Positions 43,249 through 53,860 of a DNA stretch of 64,000 nt are shown one piece after another. The DNA lies in the NCBI GenBank assembly GCA_963811425.1, contig CAWERV010000010.1:14072-78071 (forward strand), written 5' to 3'. Position numbers and translations under genes: made by a program. Positions within the stretch are counted from its first letter, which is position 1. The number at the start of each line of letters is the position of its first letter. The stretch comes from an uncultured Acidobacteriota bacterium (GTDB lineage: Bacteria; Acidobacteriota; Thermoanaerobaculia; UBA5066; Gp7-AA6). Under the pieces are notes generated by a model. It had not been told where the DNA came from, ran no database searches, and saw nothing but the letters and a program-made list of their open reading frames with translations.

Positions 43249-43437
43249 TCAGGCCTCGGCGACGGTCAGGGCGCCAGCGCTCGCGCGTCGCGCCTTCTCG
43301 AAGCACTTTTCGCAGAGAAGCTTCGTCTCGGTGGCTTCCGCTGCCGGACGCGCGTACGTGCCGCACCCGTGGCAGCGGCGCAGGGCCCGATGGTGGGCGC
43401 TGGCGTCCGGCCCCGCATGAGACTCGCGTTTGATCAT
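43249..43437 (-). CDS. small C4 zinc-ribbon protein (DksA/TraR-like?)
   Basis: Start is M23 with GGAG SD: MIKRESHAGPDASAHHRALRRCHGCGTYARPAAEATETKLLCEKCFEKAR: CxxC-x18-CxxC. Confidence 0.4.
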   Translation of the reverse strand: MIKRESHAGPDASAHHRALRRCHGCGTYARPAAEATETKLLCEKCFEKARRASAGALTVAEA

Positions 43438-43591
43438 TCCACTCTCCTGTATGGAAACGTTCCCGCACACCTGGACACAGCACGACCCGTACCCGTTCGA
43501 CAAACACTCACACCGCGCGACTTAGGCTCGCGCTCCGGCGGGACCAGTGTCGCCCCGGGGTGCGACCGAGTCCCCGGATGAGGTCAGAACC

Positions 43592-45709
43592 CTAGAACTG
43601 CGTGACCCGTTCGAGAGCCTTCCGGACGTGCGACGCCTGGGGAAGGATGAAATCTTCGACCCTGGGCTGATAGGCGACAAACGTGTCCGTCGCCGCGACC
43701 CGCTCGACCGGCGCATCCAGATACGAAAAGAGCTCCGAAGAGACTCGGGCGGCGATCTCGGCGCCGTACCCCCATGACATCGTATCCTCGTAGACCACCA
43801 GAACGCGCGAAGTTTTTCGAACCGAGGCGGCAATGGCCTCCCAGTCGTACGGGTTAAGGCTCCGCAGGTCCAGGATCTCGACCGATTTTCCGGTCTCCTC
43901 CGTGAAGGCCCTGGCCGCCTGCCACGACCGGTAGACGGTCGCGCCGTAGGTCACGATCGTGACGTCCGCCCCTTCCTGAACGACCGAGGCCTTGCCGAAC
44001 GGGACCATGTAGTCCGGCCCGGGGTAGACCCCCTTGTTGTGCGTCTGGCGGTAGAGGTGCTTGTGCTCGAGGAAGAGCACCGGGTCCTCGCACCGGATCG
44101 CCGTGCGCAGGAGACCGTTCGCGTCCAGCGCATTGGAAGGCATGACGACGCGCAGGCCCGGGATCTGAGTCATCAGGACGGCCCCCGACTGGGAGTGGTA
44201 CACGGCCCCGCCACCGATGTAGCCGCCGATCGCGACGCGCACGACGACCGGACAGGAAAAGGCGTTGCCCGAACGCCACCGCATGTTCGAGAGCTCGTTG
44301 CGAATCTGCATGTAGGCCGGCCAGATGTAGTCGTAGAACTGGATCTCGACGACCGGCTTGAGGCCCCGCACCGCCATCCCGATCGCGCGGCCGACGATGT
44401 TCGCCTCGGCGAGCGGCGAGTTGAAGACGCGGTCCGAACCGTAGAGCCTCTGCAGCCCGGCCGTGACCTTGAAGACGCCGCCCTTGCCCTTGCACTCGGC
44501 GAGCACCGTGTCGCGCGAGGCGTCGGCGACGTCCTCTCCGAACAGGACGATCCGCGGGTCGCGCTTCATCTCGTCCCGCATGCACGCATTCAGGAGGTCC
44601 ACCATCGTCGTCGGCGCCGCGCTCTCGGCCGGCGCGGGCACGGTCGAGAACGACGCGCTCGTCGGATCCACGTCGGGCGAGTAGACGAAGTCGTACGCGG
44701 ACTCGGGCTGCGGTATCTCGGCCGCGAGCGCGCGGTCGGCCGCATCGTTGACCTCGGCATCCACCTCGGCCTGCAGCTTCTCGAGCTCCTCCTGTCCGAG
44801 GATCCCGTTGTCGAGGAGCAGCCGCGAGAGCCGGCGCACGGGGTCCTTCTCGAGCTCGCGTTCGCGCTCCACCTTCGGCCGGTAGAGCGCTTCGTCGTCG
44901 GAGAGCGAGTGGCTGTATGGACGGATGACCCGCGCGTGCAGCAGCGCCGGGCCCATGCGCGAGCGACAGTACTCGACGGCGTACCGCAGCGCGTCGTACG
45001 ACTCGAGAAAGTCGGTCCCGTCCGCTTCGGCGACGAAGAGGTTCGGGAACGAGCGCACGAGCTTCGAGATGGAGCCGCCCGGCGTGTTGACCTCGACCGG
45101 GACGGAGATCGCGTAGCCGTTGTCCTGGATGACGAAGAGCACCGGCAGCTTCAGGTTGCTCGCCGAGGACAAGGCCTCCCAGAACTCCCCTTCCGAGGTC
45201 TGTCCCTCCCCTCCGGATACGTAGACCACCTCGTCCTTGTGGAAGGCGCCTTTGCCGGCGAGTTCCGCGATGTGGCTCATCCGCCAGCCCGCTTCGGCGG
45301 CACCGACGGCGTGGAGAAACTGCGTGCCCGTACACGAGGACTTCGAGATGATGTTCAGCCGCTTCGAGCCCCAGTGCGAGGGCATCTGGCGCCCGGCCGA
45401 AGCGGGGTCGTCTTTCGCGCCCACCGACTGGAGAAACATCTCGTAGGGGGTTACGCCGAGCTGCAGGACGAGGGCCCGGTCCCGGTAATAGCAATCGAAC
45501 CAGTCGTATGCGGGCCTCAGGATCATCCCGGCGGCCGTAGTGACCGCCTCGTGACCCACGCTATTGATCTGGAAGTAGATCTTGTTCTGCCGCTTGAGCT
45601 GGATTTCCTTGTCGTCGACCCGGCGGGAAAGGTAGATGTTGCGGTAGGCGGCGACCAGGGTGCCCCGATCGAGACCGCTGTACTTTTCGGACCGGACTTC
45701 GGTCGCCAT
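43592..45709 (-). CDS. thiamine-diphosphate-dependent 2-oxoacid dehydrogenase E1 component, fused alpha/beta subunits
   Basis: 705 aa, intact. Alpha part with TPP motif GDG-like [12 protein letters not shown]...N. Beta part ...[19 protein letters not shown]...LEHKHLY... and C-terminal transketolase_C-like region. Confidence 0.85.
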   Translation of the reverse strand: MATEVRSEKYSGLDRGTLVAAYRNIYLSRRVDDKEIQLKRQNKIYFQINSVGHEAVTTAAGMILRPAYDWFDCYYRDRALVLQLGVTPYEMFLQSVGAKDDPASAGRQMPSHWGSKRLNIISKSSCTGTQFLHAVGAAEAGWRMSHIAELAGKGAFHKDEVVYVSGGEGQTSEGEFWEALSSASNLKLPVLFVIQDNGYAISVPVEVNTPGGSISKLVRSFPNLFVAEADGTDFLESYDALRYAVEYCRSRMGPALLHARVIRPYSHSLSDDEALYRPKVERERELEKDPVRRLSRLLLDNGILGQEELEKLQAEVDAEVNDAADRALAAEIPQPESAYDFVYSPDVDPTSASFSTVPAPAESAAPTTMVDLLNACMRDEMKRDPRIVLFGEDVADASRDTVLAECKGKGGVFKVTAGLQRLYGSDRVFNSPLAEANIVGRAIGMAVRGLKPVVEIQFYDYIWPAYMQIRNELSNMRWRSGNAFSCPVVVRVAIGGYIGGGAVYHSQSGAVLMTQIPGLRVVMPSNALDANGLLRTAIRCEDPVLFLEHKHLYRQTHNKGVYPGPDYMVPFGKASVVQEGADVTIVTYGATVYRSWQAARAFTEETGKSVEILDLRSLNPYDWEAIAASVRKTSRVLVVYEDTMSWGYGAEIAARVSSELFSYLDAPVERVAATDTFVAYQPRVEDFILPQASHVRKALERVTQF

Positions 45710-45978
45710 CTCCCCTCCCCGGCGAATATACCAAAGGGGTTCGAGAGACGGCGGTGACCCGCGACCCTCCTAGAAGAGGCGGATCAGCCCCCAGAGCTCG
45801 AGGGCCGCGAGACCGAGCGTGATCACCAGGAACAGCACGGCCTTCAGGTCCGGCCGCGAACTCGACTGCAATTCTCCCATGGCCACGCCGTTCGGATTTG
45901 CAGAACTCATGCCACCGATGAGGGTTACGAGCCGGCGTGCGGAAACGTCTACGGCATCCTTGCTATGCTTCACGCCCC

Positions 45979-46980
45979 ATGGCCGCGCCCGAGGCAATTC
46001 CTCACTATCCGCCGCTAGCCCGCCGGCCCCTGCCCCCGGACCTCGCCTCCATCGACCCGCGGCTGGACCTCGAGACCGAGATCCGCGATCTCAAGCGACA
46101 AAAAAACGCAGTCCTTCTCGCCCACTACTACCAAGAAGAGGCAATCCAGGATCTTGCCGACTTCGTCGGGGACTCGCTCGACCTCTCCCGGAAGGCGCAG
46201 GCGAGCGAAGCCCGGATCATTGCCTTCGCGGGTGTCCGGTTCATGGCCGAAACCGCCAAGATTTTGAATCCGACCCGAAAAGTCGTGCTGCCCGACTACG
46301 AGGCCGGCTGTTCGCTCGAGGACTCCTGCCCGCCCGGGGCCTTCCGCGCCTGGCGCGCGGAGCATCCCGGCGCCGTATCTCTGACGTACATCAACTGCTC
46401 GGCCGCTGTGAAGGCGCTTTCCGACATCATCGTGACTTCCTCGAACGCCGAGAAGATCGTCCGTTCCATTCCGCCGGACAGGGAGATCCTGTTCGCGCCC
46501 GACCGGCACCTCGGGGCATTCCTCTCCAGGACGCTCGGCCGACCGATGACCCTCTGGCCCGGCGCCTGCATCGTGCACGAGCAATTCTCCGAGCGCGAGA
46601 TCGTCCGGCTGAGGGTGAGGTATCCCGACGCAAAGCTCGCTGCGCACCCCGAATGCCCTGAGCCCATCCTCAAGCACGCGGACCACGTCGGATCGACCCG
46701 CTCGATCCTGAACTACGTCACGACGGCTCCCGGCAAGACCTTCCTCATCGCGACCGAGGAAGGGATCATTCACCAGATGCAGAAACTCGCGCCCGATCGC
46801 GAGTACATCCCCGTCCCTCCCGACAACGGCTGCCGCTGCAACGAGTGCCCGTTCATGAAGTTGAACACCCTCGAGAAGCTCTACCTCTGCCTGCGCGACG
46901 AGCGGCCGGAGATCGTGCTGCCCGAACCGATGCGGGAGGCCGCGGAGAAGCCGCTGCTGCGGATGCTCGAGCTGTCATAG
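45979..46980 (+). CDS. nadA: quinolinate synthase
   Basis: Start is M15. LLAHYYQ...VRFMAETAKIL...YINCSAAVKA...HPECPEPI...CRCNECPFMK. Confidence 0.9.
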   Translation: MAAPEAIPHYPPLARRPLPPDLASIDPRLDLETEIRDLKRQKNAVLLAHYYQEEAIQDLADFVGDSLDLSRKAQASEARIIAFAGVRFMAETAKILNPTRKVVLPDYEAGCSLEDSCPPGAFRAWRAEHPGAVSLTYINCSAAVKALSDIIVTSSNAEKIVRSIPPDREILFAPDRHLGAFLSRTLGRPMTLWPGACIVHEQFSEREIVRLRVRYPDAKLAAHPECPEPILKHADHVGSTRSILNYVTTAPGKTFLIATEEGIIHQMQKLAPDREYIPVPPDNGCRCNECPFMKLNTLEKLYLCLRDERPEIVLPEPMREAAEKPLLRMLELS

Positions 46981-46985
46981 CGGAC

Positions 46986-47837
46986 GTGCACGAGCTCACC
47001 GAAGCCTCCATCGACCCGCTGCTGCGCGCATTCCTCTCGGAGGACGTCGGCCGGATCGACGTCACCACCGAGCACACCGTGCCGCCCGGGACGCGCGCGC
47101 GGGGAGAGCTCGTCGCCCGATCCGCGTGCGTCGTCTCGGGTCTGTCCGTGGCGCGCCGGGTCTTCGAGCTGCTCGACCCGGAGCTCAGCTGGAACGATGC
47201 CGCCGCCGCCGGCGCCGAGGTCCCCGCGGAATCCATGATCGCCCGGCTCGAGGGGCGGGCGCGAGCGATCCTGACGGCCGAGCGCGTCGCGCTCAACCTG
47301 CTCCAGCGCATGTGCGGCATCGCCGGACAGACCCGCCGGTTCGTCGAAGCGGTCTCCGGAACCGGCTGTCGCATCCTCGATACGCGCAAGACCGCTCCGG
47401 GCCTGCGCCCGTTCGATCGGCAGGCCGTGCGGGACGGCGGCGGCGCCAATCACCGGTACGATCTGAGCGAAATGGTCCTCGTCAAGGACAACCACCGACG
47501 TCTCGCCGGCGGCGTCGCGCGCGCCGTGGCGGCTGCGCGTGAAGGCGCACCGGGGGTGCCCATCGAGGTCGAGGTCGAGTCGGAGGCGGAACTGACGGAG
47601 GCGATCTCCGCAGGCGCCGACCGCGTCCTGATCGACAATCAGGCACCCGAGACGGTGGCCCGTTGGTGCGGGATCGCCCGCGCATCGGCCCGGCCTCCGT
47701 TCCTCGAGGCTTCCGGCAACATGCGCCTCGACACCGTCCGCGCCTATGCCCTCGCCGGCGTGGATGCGGTCTCCGTCGGCTCGCTGACGCACTCGGTCTT
47801 GGCAGCCGACATCTCGCTCGAGCTCTTCCCCGAATGA
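46986..47837 (+). CDS. nadC: nicotinate-nucleotide diphosphorylase (carboxylating) / quinolinate phosphoribosyltransferase
   Basis: GTG 46986 just after the nadA stop. ...AERVALNLLQRMCGIAG...ILDTRKTAPGLR...VKDNH...DRVLIDN. ATGA overlap with nadB. Confidence 0.85.
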   Translation: MHELTEASIDPLLRAFLSEDVGRIDVTTEHTVPPGTRARGELVARSACVVSGLSVARRVFELLDPELSWNDAAAAGAEVPAESMIARLEGRARAILTAERVALNLLQRMCGIAGQTRRFVEAVSGTGCRILDTRKTAPGLRPFDRQAVRDGGGANHRYDLSEMVLVKDNHRRLAGGVARAVAAAREGAPGVPIEVEVESEAELTEAISAGADRVLIDNQAPETVARWCGIARASARPPFLEASGNMRLDTVRAYALAGVDAVSVGSLTHSVLAADISLELFPE

Positions 47838-49390
47838 GCGCCGAATCGATCGACGTCCTCATCCTCGGGACGGGCGTGGCCGGTTGCACGGCCGCCCTGG
47901 CCGCGGCCCGCGAGGGAGCCTCGGTTGCCCTCGTCACCCGCGCCGCGGAGGCGCGGGAATCGAACACGCTCTACGCACAGGGCGGAATCGTCGGACGGCC
48001 ACCCGGCGATACGCCCGAGCGTCTCGCCGCCGACATCGAGCGAGCCGGGGACGGGTTGTGCTCACCCGAGGCCGTCGCGCTGCTGGCCCGCGAGGGGCCG
48101 GACCTCGTTCAGTCCCTGCTGATCGACGAGCTCCAGGTCCCGTTCGATCGCGATGGCGCCGGCTTCCACTGGACGCTCGAGGGCGCCCACTCGACAGCGC
48201 GCGTGCTTCACGTCAAGGATGCGACCGGCGCGCCGATCGAGCGCGCCCTCGTCGACGCCTGCCGCAAGGAGAAGAACATCCGCTGGTTGCTCGAGACGAC
48301 CGCGGTCGACCTGCTGACCCTGTCCCACGACTCGCAGAACTTGACGGACCGGTACCACCCCCCTGCCGTCATCGGCGCGCACCTGCTGGCGCGCGGCAGC
48401 GAGGAGGTGCGGCCCTGGCTCGCCCGCGAGACCATCCTCGCCACCGGCGGTCTCGGCCAGGTGTACCTGCACACGACGAACCCGCCGGGAGCACGCGGCG
48501 ACGGCTTCGCGATGGCCAAACGCGCGGGCGCGCGTCTGCTCAACCTCGAGTACATCCAGTTTCACCCGACGGCGCTCGTCCACCCGAAGGGACGCCTCCT
48601 GCTGACCGAGGCGCTGCGCGGCGAGGGAGCGCGCATCACCGACGCCTCCGGCCGCGAGTTCCTGCGGGAGCATCACCCCGACGGCGAGCTCGCTCCGCGC
48701 GACGTCGTCGCCCGCGCCATCCACCAGCGGATGTTCGAGAAGGACGAGCCGCACGCCCTGCTCGACATCTCCCACAAGAACGCGGATTGGATTCGCGCCC
48801 GGTTCCCGGACCTCGTGCGGCGCTGCCTGGAGTACGGCTTCGATCTCACCGCGGGCCCCGTCCCCGTGGTCCCCGCCGCGCACTACGCCTGTGGTGGCGT
48901 GGCAGTCGACGGCAATGGCCGCACCACGCTCGGCCACTTGCGGGCCGTCGGCGAGGTTTCGTGCACCGGCGTCCACGGCGCCAACCGCCTCGCCTCGACG
49001 TCGCTGCTCGAAGGCCTGGTCTGGGGATGGCGGGCCGGAAAGGCGGCCGCCGGCGAGGTCGCGCGGGCGCGCGGGAGGCAGCTGCCCGCCGTGCGACCCT
49101 GGCAGCCGGAGAACGAGCCGGTCGACCCCGCCTTGATCGCCCAGGACTGGCTGGTCATCCGCAACACCATGTGGAACTACGTCGGCCTCCTGCGCTCGGA
49201 GCGGCGGCTCGACCGGGCCGGGCGCATCCTCGGAGAGCTGCGCGTCGAGATCGAGAATTTCTACCGCCACGGAACGATGTCCGACGCGCTGCTCGGCCTG
49301 CGCAATGGCGTCCAGACGGCGCTCGCGATCCACCGGGCCGCCGCCGACAACCCCGTCTCGCGCGGGTGCCACTACCGGGTGGCCGGCTAG
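47834..49390 (+). CDS. nadB: L-aspartate oxidase
   Basis: Start is M58: MSAESIDVLILGTGVAGCTAA (FAD GxGxxG), ...HYACGGVAVD...GANRLASTSLLEGLVWG. Confidence 0.9.
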   Translation: MSAESIDVLILGTGVAGCTAALAAAREGASVALVTRAAEARESNTLYAQGGIVGRPPGDTPERLAADIERAGDGLCSPEAVALLAREGPDLVQSLLIDELQVPFDRDGAGFHWTLEGAHSTARVLHVKDATGAPIERALVDACRKEKNIRWLLETTAVDLLTLSHDSQNLTDRYHPPAVIGAHLLARGSEEVRPWLARETILATGGLGQVYLHTTNPPGARGDGFAMAKRAGARLLNLEYIQFHPTALVHPKGRLLLTEALRGEGARITDASGREFLREHHPDGELAPRDVVARAIHQRMFEKDEPHALLDISHKNADWIRARFPDLVRRCLEYGFDLTAGPVPVVPAAHYACGGVAVDGNGRTTLGHLRAVGEVSCTGVHGANRLASTSLLEGLVWGWRAGKAAAGEVARARGRQLPAVRPWQPENEPVDPALIAQDWLVIRNTMWNYVGLLRSERRLDRAGRILGELRVEIENFYRHGTMSDALLGLRNGVQTALAIHRAAADNPVSRGCHYRVAG

Positions 49391-49434
49391 CGCGGGTTGT
49401 CCCGGCGCCTCTTGGGCTATAGTCCGCCGTTGCC

Positions 49435-50025
49435 ATGAGCGTCCTTTACCTCGCCTTCGAGACCGACGAGCGGCACAACCGCCTGGCAAAGCTCCAGAAG
49501 AGCGGCGCCCACATCGTCGTCGCAGAGCCCCGGTGGCCGGGCTTCTTCGAGCTCGCCAAGCGCGAAAAGCCGTATGCGATCGCGATCGACTTTTCGCACG
49601 CTCCCTCCCATGCCCTCGAGACCGCGGACTACATGTCCAAGGCGAGGGAGACCAAGGAGGCCGCGTTCTTTCTGATGCGCATCCCGGCCGATCGCCTGGA
49701 GGCGGTCCAGAAGCGCCTTCCCAACGCCAGGGTCGTGACCGAGTCGGAGCTCTCCGGGCGGCTCGCCGAGATGGAGCGCGAGGCGGAGGCGCGCGCCCGA
49801 CAGAAGAAGGAGGCCGCCGCCCAGGCCAAGAAGGCCGCCCGTGCTGCAGCCAAGGCGGCCTCGGGTGAGAAGCCCAAAGCGACCGCCCCCGGCAAGACGC
49901 GGCCCGTCGTCGCGAGCAAGCCCAAACCGCCCGTAAAGGCGAAGCCGGCCGCCCCACCGAAGAAGAAGGCGCCCAGGAAGCCGGCGGCCTCGACCCGCAG
50001 GGCACAGCCGAAGAAGAAAAAGTAA
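49435..50025 (+). CDS. hypothetical protein with ~110-aa N-terminal domain and Lys/Ala/Pro-rich histone H1/AlgP-like C-terminal tail
   Basis: 196 aa. Tail ...EARARQKKEAAAQAKKAARAAAKAASGEKPKATAPGKTRPVVASKPKPPVKAKPAAPPKKKAPRKPAASTRRAQPKKKK. Confidence 0.55.
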   Translation: MSVLYLAFETDERHNRLAKLQKSGAHIVVAEPRWPGFFELAKREKPYAIAIDFSHAPSHALETADYMSKARETKEAAFFLMRIPADRLEAVQKRLPNARVVTESELSGRLAEMEREAEARARQKKEAAAQAKKAARAAAKAASGEKPKATAPGKTRPVVASKPKPPVKAKPAAPPKKKAPRKPAASTRRAQPKKKK

Positions 50026-50039
50026 GCGAGGAGATCCGC

Positions 50040-51413
50040 ATGCCGTCTGCGTTTGACCGCGAAGCATTGCGCTCGTACGCCCGCGCCAAGCGGCCCGAAT
50101 ACGAGGCGGTCCTCGAGAGGATCGTCGAGATCCCATCCGTGTCGGTCGAACCGGAGCGCAAGGGCGACGTCCGTCGCGCCGCCGAATACGCGGTGTCGCT
50201 CCTGGAATCGTTCGGAGCGCGCGCCAGGCTCTACGAGACGAAGGGGCACCCCATCGTGCACGGCGCCTTCGACCGCGACCCGAAGTATCCGACGGTGACC
50301 ATCTACAACCACCTCGACGTCCAGCCGGCGGAGGGCCCCGACTGGAGGACACCGCCTTTCGACTTCCGGCGCGACGGAGACCGGTATCTCGGCCGGGGCA
50401 CGACCGACGACAAGGGGCCCGCCATCACCGCGCTCTTCGGCGCGCGATATGCCTGGGAGCAGAAGGTGCCGGTCAACATCCGGTTCCTCTGGGAGCTCGA
50501 GGAGGAGATCGGAAGCCCCCACTTCGAGACGGCGATCCGCGCCGAGGCCGCCGCGTTCGCAACCGACTCGGTCGTCGTTTCCGACACGGTCTGGGTCTCG
50601 CGCGCGCGGCCGGCGTGCCCGGCGGGACTGCGCGGACTCCAGGGCTTCCGCTTCGACCTTCAAACCGGCGAGACCGACCAGCACTCGGGCACCGCGGGGG
50701 GCGCCGCGCGCAACCCGGTCACCGAGCTCTGCACGCTCATCGCCGAGTGCGTGGACGGAAAGACCGGCCGCGTGAAGATCCCCGGCTTCTACGCCGATGT
50801 CGTCCCGCCGACGAAGAAGGAGCTCGAGGACCTCAAGAAGTGCGGCTTCACGGTCAGGGACTTCAAGAAGGATCACCTCTTCCGGTCCCTCCGCGTCAAC
50901 GATGCGCTCGAGGTCATGAAGCGCATCTGGACGATGCCGACATTCGAGGTCCATGGCATCGCGGGCGGTTACCAGGGCCCGGGCGTCAAGACGATCATCC
51001 CGCCGAAAGCGACCGCCATCCTCTCCTGCCGGCTCGTGCCCGACATGGACCCGAAGAAAATCGTGCGGATCATCAAGGCTTTCGTGAAGAAGAGAAACCC
51101 CGACGTGAAGGTATCGGCCGAGCACGAGCTGCCCGCCTACCAGGGAAAGACGACCGGCCCCCATGCCGACGCCATCCGCGGAGCGATGAAGTTTGCCTTC
51201 GGCAAGGAGCCCGTTTTCGTCCGTGAGGGTGGCTCGATCGGGGCCGTTCTCTCGATGGAACACGTGCTGAAGAGCCCGGTCTACTTTCTCGGGCTCTCGC
51301 TGCCCGAACACGGATACCACGCGCCCAACGAGAATTTCGACTGGCCGCAGGCCGAAGGCGGAATCGCAGCGTTCGCGGATTACTTCCGCCGCCTCGGGGA
51401 AATGAAGAAGTAG
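50040..51413 (+). CDS. M20 family metallopeptidase (dipeptidase-like)
   Basis: 457 aa. ...IYNHLDVQPA...GRGTTDDKGP...EEEIGSP... metal-binding H/D/E pattern of the M20/ArgE/DapE family. Confidence 0.85.
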   Translation: MPSAFDREALRSYARAKRPEYEAVLERIVEIPSVSVEPERKGDVRRAAEYAVSLLESFGARARLYETKGHPIVHGAFDRDPKYPTVTIYNHLDVQPAEGPDWRTPPFDFRRDGDRYLGRGTTDDKGPAITALFGARYAWEQKVPVNIRFLWELEEEIGSPHFETAIRAEAAAFATDSVVVSDTVWVSRARPACPAGLRGLQGFRFDLQTGETDQHSGTAGGAARNPVTELCTLIAECVDGKTGRVKIPGFYADVVPPTKKELEDLKKCGFTVRDFKKDHLFRSLRVNDALEVMKRIWTMPTFEVHGIAGGYQGPGVKTIIPPKATAILSCRLVPDMDPKKIVRIIKAFVKKRNPDVKVSAEHELPAYQGKTTGPHADAIRGAMKFAFGKEPVFVREGGSIGAVLSMEHVLKSPVYFLGLSLPEHGYHAPNENFDWPQAEGGIAAFADYFRRLGEMKK

Positions 51414-51435
51414 TTTCGGAATTCGGAGTTTCGAT

Positions 51436-53718
51436 TTGAGGCGCGGGCGACGACGGTTTCTCCTCGTTCTCCTGGTCGCGGTTCTCGCACCGCTCGCCGG
51501 CCGCGCGGTGGACAGCCGGCCTTCCGATCCGCTGAACGCGCAGCTCGAGCGCATCTTCGCGAAGAAGGAGTTCGAGGCCAAGAAATTCGGACCGGCGAGG
51601 TGGATGGACGAGGGCAGGAGCTACACGACGGTCGAGGCCTCGGCGACCGTTCCCGAAGCCCGGGACATCGTTCGCTACGACACGGCGACCGGGGCCCGTC
51701 TCGTGCTCGTCGCGGCGGCGAGCCTGGTTCCCACCATCGGGCAGAAACCCCTCGACATCGACGACTACCAGTGGTCGAAGGGCGGCTCGAGGCTGCTCCT
51801 CTTCACCAACACGAAGAAGGTCTGGCGGCAGAACACGCGGGGCGACTACTGGGTCCTCGACGTTCGGTCCGGCACGCTCCGCAAGATCGGAGGCGCCGCG
51901 GCTTCGGAGTCGTCGCTGCAATTCGCGAAGTTCTCCCCCGACGGCACCCGCGTGGCGTACGTGCGCGGCAACGACCTCTGGGTCGAGGACATCGCGGCGG
52001 GCAACCTCACGCGACTGACCGCGGATGGCTCGGCGACGATCGTCAACGGAACCTCCGACTGGGTCTACGAGGAAGAGTTCGGCCTCCGCGACGCTTTCCG
52101 CTGGAGCCCCGACGGCAAGGACATCGCCTTCTGGCGGTTCGACACGTCCGGCGTCGGCGATTTCGCGCTGATCAACGACACCGACACGACCTACCCGGTC
52201 GTCACGCGGATTCCCTATCCGACCGCGGGAACCACGAACCCGGCCGTGAAGATCGGAATCGTCGCCTCCTCGGGCGGTACGCCGCGCTGGGTCGGGCTGC
52301 CCGGCGACCCGCGCGACCACTACGTGCCGCGCATGGAATGGGCCGAGGGCCCGACCGAGATTCTCCTGCAGCGGTTGAATCGGCTTCAGAACCGCAACGA
52401 GGTCTGGCTCGCCGACCCGCGGACGGGCGCGGCGCGAAACGTCTTCTCCGACACGGACGCGGCGTGGGTTGACGTCGTGGACTCGTGGCAGTGGCTGCCC
52501 GGAAACAAGGAGCTCCTCTGGGTCAGCGAGCGGGACGGCTGGCGGCACGCGTGGGCCGTGCCGCGCAGCGGCAAGGGCGCGGCGCGTCTGCTGACCCCGG
52601 GGCCCTTCGACATCCTGAACGTCGATTCCCTCGACGAGAAGAAGGGCTTCCTGTACTTCATCGCCTCGCCCGACGATGCGACGCGCCGCTACCTCTACCG
52701 CACGCGACTCACCGGCGCCGGGGCTCCGGAGCGCGTGACACCCGTGGAACTGCCCGGGACACACGCGTACGACATTTCCCCCGACGCGGGCTTCGCCTTT
52801 CACACCCGCTCGCGGATCGATCGGCCGCCCGAGATCGACCTCGTCCGACTGCCCTCGCATGCGTTCGTGAGGGCGCTGGAGGCAAACGCGCCGCTCGCCT
52901 CCGCCGTGGCTTCGATCGCCGCGACCCCCACCGAGTTCTTCCGCGTGGACATCGGGGACGGAGTCGCTCTCGACGGGTGGATGATCCGACCAAGGGATTT
53001 CGACCCTTCGAGGAAATATCCATTGCTCATGTACGTCTACGGCGAGCCCGCCGGCGCCGAGGTGACGGACTCCTGGCACGGCAACCGATATCTTTTTCAC
53101 CGCGCTCTCGCCGACGCGGGCTTCGTGGTGGCGTGCTTCGACAACCGCGGAACACCGGCACCGAGGGGCCGCGCGTGGCGCAAGGTCGTCTACGGTTCCG
53201 TGGGCGTTCTCGCGTCGCGCGAGCAGGCAGCCGCCGTGCGCAAGCTGCTCGCCGAGCGCCCCTACCTCGACGGCGAGCGCGTCGCGTCCTGGGGCTGGAG
53301 TGGCGGCGGCTCGATGACGTTGAACCTGCTCTTCCGCTCGCCCGAGCTCTACCGGGTCGGCATGGCCGTCGCCCCGGTTCCCGATCAGACCCTGTACGAC
53401 TCGATCTACCAGGAGCGCTACATGGGCCTGCCGCAGGACAATCCCGAGGGGTACAGGAACGGCTCGCCGATCACGTTCGCCGAGGGTTTGAGCGGGCATT
53501 TGCTCGTCGTTCACGGCTCGGGAGACGACAACGTTCACTTTCAGGGGTCGGAGCGGCTCGTCAACCGGATGATCTCTCTCGGCAAGCGCTTCGATTTCAT
53601 GGACTATCCCAACCGGACGCACTCGATCTCCGAGGGTGACGGCACGTCCGTCCACGTGCACCGACTGCTCGCCCGCTACCTGATCGAACACCTCGAGCCG
53701 GGTGCCCACCCGCAATAA
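51436..53718 (+). CDS. S9 family peptidase, dipeptidyl-peptidase IV-like (beta-propeller + alpha/beta hydrolase)
   Basis: 760 aa with TTG start and signal peptide. ...WSPDGKDIAFWRFDTSGV... propeller. Catalytic region ASWGWSGGGSMT (GWSxGG), ...VHGSGDDNVHF. Confidence 0.85.
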   Translation: MRRGRRRFLLVLLVAVLAPLAGRAVDSRPSDPLNAQLERIFAKKEFEAKKFGPARWMDEGRSYTTVEASATVPEARDIVRYDTATGARLVLVAAASLVPTIGQKPLDIDDYQWSKGGSRLLLFTNTKKVWRQNTRGDYWVLDVRSGTLRKIGGAAASESSLQFAKFSPDGTRVAYVRGNDLWVEDIAAGNLTRLTADGSATIVNGTSDWVYEEEFGLRDAFRWSPDGKDIAFWRFDTSGVGDFALINDTDTTYPVVTRIPYPTAGTTNPAVKIGIVASSGGTPRWVGLPGDPRDHYVPRMEWAEGPTEILLQRLNRLQNRNEVWLADPRTGAARNVFSDTDAAWVDVVDSWQWLPGNKELLWVSERDGWRHAWAVPRSGKGAARLLTPGPFDILNVDSLDEKKGFLYFIASPDDATRRYLYRTRLTGAGAPERVTPVELPGTHAYDISPDAGFAFHTRSRIDRPPEIDLVRLPSHAFVRALEANAPLASAVASIAATPTEFFRVDIGDGVALDGWMIRPRDFDPSRKYPLLMYVYGEPAGAEVTDSWHGNRYLFHRALADAGFVVACFDNRGTPAPRGRAWRKVVYGSVGVLASREQAAAVRKLLAERPYLDGERVASWGWSGGGSMTLNLLFRSPELYRVGMAVAPVPDQTLYDSIYQERYMGLPQDNPEGYRNGSPITFAEGLSGHLLVVHGSGDDNVHFQGSERLVNRMISLGKRFDFMDYPNRTHSISEGDGTSVHVHRLLARYLIEHLEPGAHPQ

Positions 53719-53860
53719 GAGCGGCGCTTATCCTCCTCAGATTCAACCACTTGGCCCGCCAGTCGAACCTGACCGATCTCGCATCTTTCGCCGGGATCGG
53801 CAGTCGGATAGAGTCCGTTACCGATTAATATTCAGCCGTTCTTAAAAAGGAGAAGAGTCT

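Noticed and set aside
45770-45997. 75-aa minus-strand ORF upstream of the E1 dehydrogenase gene (possible single-TM micro-protein ...KAVLFLVITLGLAALELWGLIRLF)
   Set aside because: The hydrophobic tail is suggestive, but there is no RBS, the start is ambiguous and it lies within the nadA promoter region. Not reported as a feature.
48062-50161. 699-aa minus-strand ORF
   Set aside because: Antisense to intact nadB and the H1-tail protein gene. Arg/Pro/Ser-rich with no motifs.
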